Shown piece by piece: positions 27,980 through 36,617 of a DNA stretch of 64,000 nucleotides. Source of the stretch: Alphaproteobacteria bacterium (GTDB taxonomy: Bacteria > Pseudomonadota > Alphaproteobacteria > Rs-D84); NCBI GenBank assembly GCA_009784815.1, contig WQXN01000001.1, positions 1,857-65,856 of the forward strand. The letters run 5' to 3'. Position 1 is the first letter of the stretch. The number at the start of each line of letters is the position of its first letter. The position numbers were made by a program, and so were the translations under genes. The notes below the pieces were generated by a model. The model was not told the DNA's origin, made no database searches, and saw nothing but the letters and a program-made list of their open reading frames with translations.

Positions 27980-28300
27980 ATGACGGACGCAGCTAAGAAA
28001 TTCAATTATCTGGCCGACTTGCATACGGCCAACAAACCCATGGTGGGAGCCATTTGCGCCACCAAGGGAGGGCTTGATCGCGACAATTACGTCGGGCGAA
28101 TTTTCGTGAACGATCTTTTAGAGCTGACTATTGCGTTCGGGGAAAAGATCGCCGGAAGGAATCCCGATATAAAACCCCGGTTGGAAAAGCTTGCCAAGGA
28201 ATTTGCGAAGGTGTCGAAAGACGTAACTCCGAGCGCCAAGCCTATACATAAAATGACTATGGACGAATTTCTCAAAACCATAGATATGGGAGAGAAATGA
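27980..28300 (+). CDS. hypothetical cytoplasmic protein (106 aa)
   Basis: ORF with a good RBS and no signal peptide. ATGA overlap with the downstream secretin-like gene. Confidence 0.5.
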   Translation: MTDAAKKFNYLADLHTANKPMVGAICATKGGLDRDNYVGRIFVNDLLELTIAFGEKIAGRNPDIKPRLEKLAKEFAKVSKDVTPSAKPIHKMTMDEFLKTIDMGEK

Positions 28301-29604
28301 TAAAAATATTTATGCCTTTTGCGGTCTTGGTGGCGCTGGTTGGATGCAACCAGCCTCGCTATGACATTATCGAGGTTCAGACTGTTCAAAACTTTGTCGT
28401 CGACTCGCGCAGCGTTCCGATATTCCCGCGCAAAGCCGCGCTTACCACCGATATAGCAAGACGCTTCTCGATCGACTTGCCTAAGCGCTGCCATGTGGAC
28501 TGGGATAATCAGAATCTGCTTAGCGTTCTGCCTTTCGAAGAGATAAACATATTCAGAACCGACAAGGGCGACCCGCTTCCCGAATTTTTCGTAAGCGATT
28601 ATAAATTCGAGAAAAAGACCACGGCCGAGGCCTTGGCCGGTCTGCTGGAAAACACCGGCATAACCGTTGTCGTGGACGATTCGGTCTTGAATGTGATAAC
28701 CGGGGAAATATCCGCCGGAACCCTATCCGACGCGATCGAGCTGATCGCCCGCATGGGCCGCGTCTATTACAGCTATGACGCGTTCGCCAAGGAAGTCCGC
28801 ATAAGGAACCGTACAAAGTGGCTTATGACTATGCCGCGCGACCAGTACATGATCATGGCCATAATGGACGCCATGCGCGGGTCCGATATCAGAAACCTGG
28901 TGGTCAACTGGGCCGATAAAACCATGATATTCGAGGGGGATTTCGCAACCGAGCGCACGGTTCGCCGCATAATAGCCGAGCTGGGTTCCAAGAAAAACCT
29001 TATCGCTTGGGACATAGACGTCTACCGCGTTTATCCCCGTAACAACGACGCGATAAGATGGATGGACATGATCCCCGCCTTCGGATCGGGCAATATCAAA
29101 ATGTCCATACCGGGCGTTGTCGGACGGATGCTGGTGACGAGCCCCGAAATAAATACCAAAACTTTGCAAAGTTTTCTGTCGCGAAGCGCGAATTCGGTCC
29201 TGATATCTCAGGGTACCTTCGTGATTCCGAACCGTTGGAATTCGCGTTTTGACATAGGCCAATGCTCGCGCGAGGATCGGCTTGAGACCGAGCTGATAAT
29301 CGGAGCCACCGCCGCATTCGGAGATTTCGCCGGCCAGGGCAGGGATAAGATAGACGCGAACATAGTCCTTTACACCAAACGCGGTGAGCTGGCCTCGTTC
29401 AAAGTGCCGTCAAGCCTTGGCGACAACTATGTGATAATCGGCATACCGACCCATTCCTTCGTCATCGACCCCGAGACTTTGATTTCTCCCTTCGCCGAGC
29501 TGGTAGTGTTTATGAGCCCGCGCATCATCACCGTCTTGCAGCCGGATGTGCCCGACTTGCAGAACCTGCCTGGAGACCTGCTGCGCCAGGTGTTCGTGGA
29601 CTAA
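28297..29604 (+). CDS. secretin-like outer-membrane lipoprotein (type IVb-pilus PilN/BfpB/TcpC-like)
   Basis: 435-aa ORF with lipoprotein signal MIKIFMPFAVLVALVGC and Asn at +2. It has an N-domain-like segment (TAEALAGLLENTGITVVVDD...GTLSDAIELIARMGRVYYSY). The C-terminus (DANIVLYTKRGELASFKV..GDNYVIIGIP.....AELVVFMSPRII) matches the secretin-domain end pattern. Confidence 0.5.
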   Translation: MIKIFMPFAVLVALVGCNQPRYDIIEVQTVQNFVVDSRSVPIFPRKAALTTDIARRFSIDLPKRCHVDWDNQNLLSVLPFEEINIFRTDKGDPLPEFFVSDYKFEKKTTAEALAGLLENTGITVVVDDSVLNVITGEISAGTLSDAIELIARMGRVYYSYDAFAKEVRIRNRTKWLMTMPRDQYMIMAIMDAMRGSDIRNLVVNWADKTMIFEGDFATERTVRRIIAELGSKKNLIAWDIDVYRVYPRNNDAIRWMDMIPAFGSGNIKMSIPGVVGRMLVTSPEINTKTLQSFLSRSANSVLISQGTFVIPNRWNSRFDIGQCSREDRLETELIIGATAAFGDFAGQGRDKIDANIVLYTKRGELASFKVPSSLGDNYVIIGIPTHSFVIDPETLISPFAELVVFMSPRIITVLQPDVPDLQNLPGDLLRQVFVD

Positions 29605-29605
29605 T

Positions 29606-30856
29606 ATGGCCGCTTTCGAAAAGTTTATCGCCTTTAGATATTTACGCTCGAAGAAGCGGGACGGGTTCCTGTCTTTGATTTCGGCTATTTCATTGCTTGG
29701 CATCTGCCTTGGCGTCGCGACGCTTATCATAGTCATGTCGGTCATGGGCGGCTTCCACAAGACTCTGCTGAACCGCATTATAGGCATGAACGGACATATA
29801 GTGGTTTATCATCGCGACGGAGCCATAAAGGACTTTGATTTTCTGATCGAAAGAATTAAGGAAAATCCAATCATAAAGGCGAACATGGTCGGTATAATTC
29901 CCATAGCCGAAGGTCAGGTCATGATTTCAGCCAACGGCAATTCGCGCGGGGCCATGCTTCGCGGAATCCGTATGTCCGACCTTCTTAAAACCGAAGTAGG
30001 AGGCAAGGCTTACGGCACCGATTTGGCGAACGTTCGGGACGGCCAGCTGGTGGTGGGGCAGGTTCTGGCGCGCAACCTTAGGCTTCAGCACGGACAGCAG
30101 GCGACTTTGATGTCCATGTCGGGCGGACACCAGACGGCTTTCGGTATCATGCCGCGAGTGCAGTCCTATCAGACGGTGGCGACCTTCAAAATAGGAATGT
30201 TCGAGTATGACTCGGCTTTCGCCTTTATGCCTCTCGAAACCGCTCAGGTGTTCCTTAATATTCCGGACGCGGTGACGCACGTCGACCTGTTCCTAAAAAA
30301 TCCCGAGGCCACTTTTGCGACCCGCCGCGCGCTGAACGATATGCTTCCCGACGGGTTTGTGATACGCGACTGGCGCGAGCTTAATCAGGGATTCGTCGGC
30401 GCGTTGGAGGTTGAAAAGAACGTCATGTTTTTAATTCTTATGCTGATCATCATCGTCGCCGCGTTCAATATAGTGTCATCCCTTGTGATGATGGTTAAAG
30501 ACAAAGGCCGTGACATAGCGATTCTGCGCACCATAGGAATGTCCCGAAAATCCGTAATGAAAATCTTTGTGATCAACGGCACTATGACAGGATTCGTCGG
30601 CGCGACTTTCGGAACGATCCTTGGTGTTTTGGGCGCGATATATATCGAGCCGATACGCCGGTTCGTCCAGCTGATCACCGGGCGCGATCTGTTCCCGGCC
30701 GAGATATATTTTCTAAGCGAGCTGCCGACCGATCTTGATCCGCTGACCGTTGCCGCGATATTTGGATTCGCTGTGGCTTTGTCGTTTCTTGCGACTCTGT
30801 ATCCCGCGCGAAGGGCGGCCAAACTTGAACCGGCCGAGGTGTTGAAATATGACTAA
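29606..30856 (+). CDS. lolC: lipoprotein-releasing system permease LolC/E family
   Basis: 416 aa from MAAFEKFIAFRYLRSKKR (canonical LolC/E start). MacB-like periplasmic domain and a C-terminal FtsX domain. Confidence 0.85.
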   Translation: MAAFEKFIAFRYLRSKKRDGFLSLISAISLLGICLGVATLIIVMSVMGGFHKTLLNRIIGMNGHIVVYHRDGAIKDFDFLIERIKENPIIKANMVGIIPIAEGQVMISANGNSRGAMLRGIRMSDLLKTEVGGKAYGTDLANVRDGQLVVGQVLARNLRLQHGQQATLMSMSGGHQTAFGIMPRVQSYQTVATFKIGMFEYDSAFAFMPLETAQVFLNIPDAVTHVDLFLKNPEATFATRRALNDMLPDGFVIRDWRELNQGFVGALEVEKNVMFLILMLIIIVAAFNIVSSLVMMVKDKGRDIAILRTIGMSRKSVMKIFVINGTMTGFVGATFGTILGVLGAIYIEPIRRFVQLITGRDLFPAEIYFLSELPTDLDPLTVAAIFGFAVALSFLATLYPARRAAKLEPAEVLKYD

Positions 30857-31559
30857 CATATTGAAATCTTTGGCTAATGCCTCGCGTCCCAAATTTGCGC
30901 TGGAAACTTACGCGCTTTCCAAGGTGTTCAAAGATTCGGCCGGCCGATTGCCGATCCTGCGCGGCGGAGATTTGAAAATAAAGCCCGGAGAAATAGTGGC
31001 GCTGGTCGGTCCGTCGGGATGCGGAAAATCGACTTATCTGCAATGCGCCGGATTGCTGGACAAGCCCACCGGCGGAAGCATTTCCATCGGAGGCATAATG
31101 GCGGCCGGATTATCCGAGGCCGAGCGTACTAGGCTGCGTCTTCTTAAAATTGGATTCGTTTATCAAAAGCATAACCTGCTGGGGGATTTTTCCGCGATCG
31201 AAAATGTTATGATGCCCATGCTGATAGCCGGAGCCAGTAGGCGCGACGCCGAAGTCCGCGCGAAAAAATTACTGAAGGCCGTGGGATTGTCCAACCGCGA
31301 AAATCACAGGCCCGCGGCGTTAAGCGGCGGAGAGCAGCAGAGGGTGGCTTTCGCGCGCGCACTGGCCAATAATCCCGACATAATCATGGCGGACGAGCCG
31401 ACGGGAAATCTTGACCCGCACAACTCGGGCGCGGTGTTCGATCTTATTTTGGGCTTGGCGCGGCGCACGGGGCTGGCCATGCTTATCGTCACGCACGACC
31501 GCGATATAGCCGCCCGAGCCGACCGCGAAGTCACCATCAAAGACGGAGTTATAGGGTAA
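30849..31559 (+). CDS. lolD: lipoprotein-releasing system ATP-binding protein LolD
   Basis: 236-aa ABC ATPase with Walker A GPSGCGKST, signature LSGGEQQRVAFARAL and Walker B IIMADEPTGNLD. Overlaps lolC. Confidence 0.88.
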   Translation: MTNILKSLANASRPKFALETYALSKVFKDSAGRLPILRGGDLKIKPGEIVALVGPSGCGKSTYLQCAGLLDKPTGGSISIGGIMAAGLSEAERTRLRLLKIGFVYQKHNLLGDFSAIENVMMPMLIAGASRRDAEVRAKKLLKAVGLSNRENHRPAALSGGEQQRVAFARALANNPDIIMADEPTGNLDPHNSGAVFDLILGLARRTGLAMLIVTHDRDIAARADREVTIKDGVIG

Positions 31560-31600
31560 GGACAAAAATCGCAAGCAGCTTCAATCGTCTTGCCAAATCG
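31560..31600 (+). repeat. MITE-like element, partial copy E5 (5' arm only)
   Basis: GGACAAAAATCGCAAGCAGCTTCAATCGTCTTGCCAAATCG lies directly after the lolD TAA. It aligns with the gene-proximal arm of copy E1 (TGACAAAAAATGCAAGCAGCTTCAATCGCCTTGTCTAATCG). Confidence 0.65.
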
Positions 31601-31620
31601 TTCAGGACTAAGAAAAAGGA

Positions 31621-31790
31621 AGAATAATCTCAAAAAATATCAGGTGCATCACGCTTGCAAGGATAGATTGCCGAGGGCGCTAAAAAACCGACCCGCTGTG
31701 TACTTATATGTACATGAGTGGTCGGTTTTTTAGATGCCATTCGGCGATATAGGCCGAAAGCGAAAAACGCACCGATATTTTTTGTCCTTA
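31621..31790 (-). repeat. MITE-like palindromic intergenic element, copy E3
   Basis: Begins TAAGGACAAAAAAT immediately after the TAG stop of the DUF805 gene and ends ATTTTTTGAGATTATT. Terminal inverted repeats are CAAAAAATATCGGTGC / CAAAAAATATCAGGTGC. Confidence 0.8.
31681..31730. terminator. bidirectional terminator hairpin inside element E3
   Basis: AAAAAACCGACC...GGTCGGTTTTTT with an inner GTGTAC/GTACAT stem. A-run and T-run flanks suit both convergent genes (lolD, DUF805). Confidence 0.65.
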
Positions 31791-32462
31791 CTACTTTCTG
31801 TACTTGTTGTTTGCAAGCTTGCTGGGCATTATAAGAAGCACAAGCAGGTAGACGCTTATGGCGATCGAAAGCGCGGTGGCCGACCAGCTTAGGATTTCGC
31901 TGCCAGTGGTCGAGTTCCGCACTATCATTTCCACCATCACTCCGTCCGCGTTTGCGACCAGATCCACCGACTTGGTCATAAGAGACACCGCGTAGAAGGT
32001 TATGGCGTAGTATATCGCGACTCCCGCTATCTCGATGCCGTAGTAATGCCAACCGGATTTTCCTATGTCGTGCATTCTGCGGATGGTCAGCATTATAAAC
32101 GGAATGATCGAGGCGATCAGCAGTATAAAAGCAAAGAATAGCAGCGCTCCGCCCAGTATTACGACTGGAACGGATCCTGTAAACATCAATACCATGCCCA
32201 ATATGCAGGATAAAGAGATCGCTCCGTATACAGCCAGCACCGACCACCAGTATTCCGCGCGGGTCGATATCCCGCGGAAATCCACATAGCCGCTGAAAAA
32301 GTTCTTTACCGCCTGCCGGAATGGAACGAATTTCGTGCCATTGACCCGCGTTGCCGCGGCAGGTTTTTTAATCGTTTTCGACGTCGCTGGCCTCGAAACC
32401 GCCGCTCTCTTCGCTGCGGTCGTCGCCGATGCTTTCAATGGTTTCTTCTTGGTTGTTGGCAT
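31791..32462 (-). CDS. DUF805-family inner-membrane protein
   Basis: 223-aa ORF with F.GR..RAEYW and RRMHDIGKSGW motifs of the YhaH/YhaI (DUF805) family and a Lys/Ala-rich N-terminal extension. The ATG is preceded by AGGAGG located inside the gyrA tail. Confidence 0.75.
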   Translation of the reverse strand: MPTTKKKPLKASATTAAKRAAVSRPATSKTIKKPAAATRVNGTKFVPFRQAVKNFFSGYVDFRGISTRAEYWWSVLAVYGAISLSCILGMVLMFTGSVPVVILGGALLFFAFILLIASIIPFIMLTIRRMHDIGKSGWHYYGIEIAGVAIYYAITFYAVSLMTKSVDLVANADGVMVEMIVRNSTTGSEILSWSATALSIAISVYLLVLLIMPSKLANNKYRK

Positions 32463-35115
32463 GCTCTTCCTCCTGGGTTTTATCGCATGATATGGCCGAG
32501 ACTATTCGCTCGGACGGTTCTAGTTTGAATAAGGTCACCCCCTGGCTTGCACGGCCCGCTATGCGGATCGAGTCTCCGGGAGTTCTTATGATTTTTCCGC
32601 CGCTTGTCACCATCATCACGTCCATGTCGCCAAGCAGCGGAAAGCTTGCCGCGACAGCCGTGTTCTTGCCGCCAAGCTTGATCCCGGCATAGCCCTGTGC
32701 GCCGCGGTTCGTGGTGCGGTATTCGTAGGCCGAACTGCGCTTGCCGAATCCGTTCTGAGATACGGTCAGTATAAACTGCTCGGCCGATTTCATTTCGGCG
32801 TACTTCTCGGCGGATAAGGTTATTTCCGCGGCCGCCTCGTCGCTTTCGGCTTCTTCTTCATCGCCGCGGCGTTCTGCGCGCGACTGTTTTATGTAGGCCG
32901 CGCGTTCCTCGGGCGAATAGTCTTGGCGCGTGATTGTGGCGGCGCTGATCACTTCGTCGTCCTTGCTCAGTCTGACTCCGCGTACTCCGTCCGAATTGCG
33001 GCTGGCGAAGACGCGTATCTGGTCTACGTTGAAGCGGATGGCGCGCCCAAGTTTCGTCGATATGAATATGTCCTGGCTTTCGTCGCATACAAGCACGTCT
33101 ACCAATGATTCGTTCCCTTCCAGCTTCATGGCGATCTTGCCGCCCTGCCTTATGCTTTCGAAATCGGCCATTCTGTTGCGCCGCGCGTTCCCGCCGCTTG
33201 TTATGAACATCAGGCACTTGTTCTCGGCGTCTTCCGGCACGGGCAGAATCGTCGTGATCGCCTCCCCCTCGGTCAAAGGTAGCAGGTTAACAAGAGGCTT
33301 GCCTTTGCCCGCCGCCGCGCCGATAGGCAGCTTGTAAGTTTTAAGCCTGTATACTATCCCCTTGTTCGAGAAGAACATAAGCGGAGTATGCGTGTTGGCT
33401 ACGAACATATTGGACACGTAATCCTCGTCCTTGGTGGTCATGGCGTTACGGCCCTTGCCTCCGCGTTTTTGGGCGCGGTAGGTGTCGCTGCTTACGCGTT
33501 TTATGTATCCGGTGTTCGATACCGTTACCACCATATCCTCGCGGGCGATCAGGTCTTCTATGTCTATGTCGCATTCCTGGTCGGATATTTCGGTGCGGCG
33601 CGGACGCTGGTGCGCCTGCATTATATGCGCCGTCTCGTTCCTTATAATCTCGGTGATCTTGTTCTTATCGCCAAGTATGGAAAGCAGGCGTCTGATTTCT
33701 TCGCCTAATGTCACAAGGTCCGCGTGGATTTTTTCGCGTTCCAATCCGGTCAGCTTATGGAGCCTTAATTCCAAAATCGCTTTGGCCTGTTCTTCGGACA
33801 TATAGAAAAGCCCGTCGCGATAATCCGTGTTCGGGTCCGCTATCAGCTGTATGTAGTCGGCTATGTCGCTGGCTTTCCAGCCGCGCGCCATCAAGCCTTC
33901 TTTCGCGGCTTCGGGCGTTTCGGACCCCTTGATAAGCGTTATGACTTCGTCCAGGTTTCCGACCGCGACCGACAGGCCCAGCAAGGTGTGAGCCTTCGCG
34001 CGCGCCTTGTTCAGTTCGAATATGGTTCTGCGGCGGATCACGTCGAATCTGAAGTCTATGAACGCTTCCAGCACTCTCTTCACGCTGAACAGCATGGGCC
34101 GGCCGTGGTTGATCGCCATCATATTGACCGGGAAGCTGATCTGCATCTGCGTCATGTCGAACAGTTGGTTCAGGACTACTTCCGCCACCGCGTCGCGCTT
34201 TAATTCTATTACCACGCGCACGCCGTCCCGTGACGATTCGTCGCGCAGGTCCGATATCCCCTCGATCTGCTTTTCTTTCGCCAGTTCGGCGATTTTAATC
34301 ACCAGCTGGGATTTGTTAACCTGATACGGTATTTCGGTTATGATGATCGCTTGGTGGTCTTTGTAGTCCTCGATCTCGGTCTTGGCGCGAAGCATGACCG
34401 ATCCCCGTCCGGAAAGATGCGCTTTGTAGCTGCCCCCGCGCCCCATGATGATGCCGCCCGTAGGAAAATCGGGCCCCGGAATTTTTGCGAACAGGTCGTC
34501 GTCGCTTATATCGGGATTTTCAAGCACCGCCAGCAGGCCGTCGCATATCTCGGTCAAATTATAGGGCGGCACGTTTGTAGCCATTCCGACCGCTATGCCT
34601 CCGCCTCCGTTAACAAGAAAATTCGGAAATTTCGATGGAAGGACCTCGGGTTCGGATAAGCTGTCGTCGAAGTTAGGGCGGAAATTGACCGTCTCTTTGT
34701 CCAGGTCGTCCATAAGGAAATTAGCAAGCTTGGCAAGCTTTGCCTCGGTATATCTCATGGCGGCCGCGCCGTCCCCGTCCATGGAGCCGAAGTTTCCCTG
34801 GCCCGTGATCAGCATTTCGCTCATCGAGAAATCCTGGGCCATGCGCACCAATGCCTCGTAGATGGAACTGTCGCCGTGGGGGTGGTACTTACCCATAACA
34901 TCCCCGACGATGCGGGCGCATTTGACATAGCTTTTCGCGACGTCGTTCATAACGTATAGAATGCGCCTATGGACAGGTTTGCAGCCGTCTCGGACGTCTG
35001 GAAGCGCGCGCTCTACTATGACGCTCATCGCATAGTCCAAAAACGATGTTTGCATTTCCTTTTCTATGGCCGAGCTGGGTATGTTCTGCGGCAGCGAATT
35101 ATCAAGTTCCGACAT
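32368..35115 (-). CDS. gyrA: DNA gyrase subunit A
   Basis: 915-aa ORF with the active-site region (AAMRYTEA), QRDR-like HPHGDSSIYEALVRMAQ, C-terminal beta-pinwheel repeats and an acidic tail. Confidence 0.93.
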   Translation of the reverse strand: MSELDNSLPQNIPSSAIEKEMQTSFLDYAMSVIVERALPDVRDGCKPVHRRILYVMNDVAKSYVKCARIVGDVMGKYHPHGDSSIYEALVRMAQDFSMSEMLITGQGNFGSMDGDGAAAMRYTEAKLAKLANFLMDDLDKETVNFRPNFDDSLSEPEVLPSKFPNFLVNGGGGIAVGMATNVPPYNLTEICDGLLAVLENPDISDDDLFAKIPGPDFPTGGIIMGRGGSYKAHLSGRGSVMLRAKTEIEDYKDHQAIIITEIPYQVNKSQLVIKIAELAKEKQIEGISDLRDESSRDGVRVVIELKRDAVAEVVLNQLFDMTQMQISFPVNMMAINHGRPMLFSVKRVLEAFIDFRFDVIRRRTIFELNKARAKAHTLLGLSVAVGNLDEVITLIKGSETPEAAKEGLMARGWKASDIADYIQLIADPNTDYRDGLFYMSEEQAKAILELRLHKLTGLEREKIHADLVTLGEEIRRLLSILGDKNKITEIIRNETAHIMQAHQRPRRTEISDQECDIDIEDLIAREDMVVTVSNTGYIKRVSSDTYRAQKRGGKGRNAMTTKDEDYVSNMFVANTHTPLMFFSNKGIVYRLKTYKLPIGAAAGKGKPLVNLLPLTEGEAITTILPVPEDAENKCLMFITSGGNARRNRMADFESIRQGGKIAMKLEGNESLVDVLVCDESQDIFISTKLGRAIRFNVDQIRVFASRNSDGVRGVRLSKDDEVISAATITRQDYSPEERAAYIKQSRAERRGDEEEAESDEAAAEITLSAEKYAEMKSAEQFILTVSQNGFGKRSSAYEYRTTNRGAQGYAGIKLGGKNTAVAASFPLLGDMDVMMVTSGGKIIRTPGDSIRIAGRASQGVTLFKLEPSERIVSAISCDKTQEEEHANNQEETIESIGDDRSEESGGFEASDVEND

Positions 35116-35200
35116 CTAGTTTTCCTTTATTTATCCAGGCGAAGCTTACTTCAAATCCCCGCCCAAGTCAAAGAAAAAACCGATCGTTTAACAAAATAGG

Positions 35201-35229
35201 TTGATTTTTGGAAATGGCTGTGGTTTAAT
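35201..35229 (+). promoter_or_regulatory. promoter of rpmH-rnpA operon
   Basis: TTGATT, a 17-nt spacer, then TTTAAT, 30 nt upstream of the rpmH ATG. Confidence 0.4.
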
Positions 35230-35258
35230 TGAAATTCGAATAACATAAGGATATTGTC

Positions 35259-35411
35259 ATGGCTACGAAAAGAACCTATCAGCCTTCAAAAACAAGGCGC
35301 GTAAAAACCCACGGATTTCGCGCGAAAATGGAAACCAGGGGCGGCCGCGCCGTATTGAACGCGCGTCGCGCCAAAGGACGCAAGCGCGTCGCGGTGACCG
35401 CCGTAAATTAA
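35259..35411 (+). CDS. rpmH: 50S ribosomal protein L34
   Basis: Not in the ORF track (50 aa): [50 protein letters not shown], the canonical L34 pattern. Sits directly upstream of rnpA. Confidence 0.9.
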   Translation: MATKRTYQPSKTRRVKTHGFRAKMETRGGRAVLNARRAKGRKRVAVTAVN

Positions 35412-35743
35412 TGGCAAAATTCAGGGAGAGCTTCAAGAAGAGGGCAGATTTTTTACGCTTGAAGGATTGCGGCGCGTCTTTTGTGGCGCGCTTTTTTATT
35501 GCAAACGCCGCGCCCGCGCGCGAAATTCCGGCAAGATACGGGATTACCGCTTCATTGAGTACTTTCGATAATTCGGTCAAAAGGAACCGCGCGCGACGCC
35601 TTATGCGCGAATGGCTTAGGCTGGAAGCCGATGCGCTGGATCCTGGAAAAGATTATTCCTTTGTATTGCGAGCCGCTATTTTGAATGCTAAAAGGGAAGA
35701 GGGTGTAAAGGAATTGAAAAAAGTTTTGGAGAAGTTAATATGA
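35411..35743 (+). CDS. rnpA: ribonuclease P protein component
   Basis: 110-aa basic ORF following rpmH, with an RNR-like motif (VKRNRARRLMRE). Confidence 0.85.
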   Translation: MAKFRESFKKRADFLRLKDCGASFVARFFIANAAPAREIPARYGITASLSTFDNSVKRNRARRLMREWLRLEADALDPGKDYSFVLRAAILNAKREEGVKELKKVLEKLI

Positions 35744-36216
35744 CAAAGATATTCGTTCTTTTGTTTGCGGCGGTTTTGGCAGGATGTTCAAGCGTTATGA
35801 TCAAGCCGGATACTATGGATAAAAATTCTAGTTTTCTTGTTCAACATGGCGGATATAATATGAGGCAGGCAGTTAAGCATTCGTTGGAAGAGCGGGGGCA
35901 TAAAGTCACAGTAGGAAGACACAAAAGGGATAGTTCGGGCAGAGCCGTTTTGGAGTTCAGAGCCAAATACATTGTTAGAGTTAGCGAAACTAGAGAGTGG
36001 TTCAATCCTATTTGTTTCTTTCACGGATTCTATTGGTGGAGGTTTAATGTGTCCATATCCGACAATTCCAATGGAGACGAGATTTTAAGCTGGACTGCTA
36101 GGGGTTGTTCGGCCACTATGATGTCGAAACTGGATCGTTATTTGGAACAGCTTGAAAGCAATAATGAATCTACGTCCAAGTACGAGGGTAGTTTAATTTC
36201 AATCGAGGAGGATTAA
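35740..36216 (+). CDS. hypothetical lipoprotein (158 aa)
   Basis: Signal MTKIFVLLFAAVLAGC (lipobox LAGC). ATGA overlap with rnpA and TAATG overlap with lrgA. No recognisable domain. Confidence 0.55.
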   Translation: MTKIFVLLFAAVLAGCSSVMIKPDTMDKNSSFLVQHGGYNMRQAVKHSLEERGHKVTVGRHKRDSSGRAVLEFRAKYIVRVSETREWFNPICFFHGFYWWRFNVSISDNSNGDEILSWTARGCSATMMSKLDRYLEQLESNNESTSKYEGSLISIEED

Positions 36217-36617
36217 TGAAGTATTTGCAACAATTTTTGCTGCTGATGATGTTTGTCTTCGCGGGCGAATTGATACACCGTTTTGTGCCTTTGCCCATTC
36301 CGGGTGGAATATGGGGTCTTATACTGCTTTTTGCCGCGCTGGTTTCGGGTGTCGTTAAGTTGCCGCAGATCGAGAAGCTGGCCGATTTTTTCCTTGCCGT
36401 GATAGTCGTTTTGTTCGTAGTGCCGGCGGTCGGAATCATAGATATTTGGGATGAAATAGCGGCCTATTGGCTGCAGATTTTGATAGTGGTTGTCGTCACT
36501 TACTTCGCCGCCATGGCAAGCACCGGATGGACGGCCGAAATCATGATAAGGCGAATGGCCAAGGGTGCCGCTTGCAAGCAGGCTTGCGAAAAGCGGCGCG
36601 GAGGTAAGAAAAAATGA
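36216..36617 (+). CDS. lrgA: CidA/LrgA-family holin-like protein
   Basis: 133-aa ORF with 4 predicted TM segments. N-terminal ...AGE.I......PIPG.I.G...LF pattern of LrgA. Confidence 0.75.
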   Translation: MKYLQQFLLLMMFVFAGELIHRFVPLPIPGGIWGLILLFAALVSGVVKLPQIEKLADFFLAVIVVLFVVPAVGIIDIWDEIAAYWLQILIVVVVTYFAAMASTGWTAEIMIRRMAKGAACKQACEKRRGGKKK

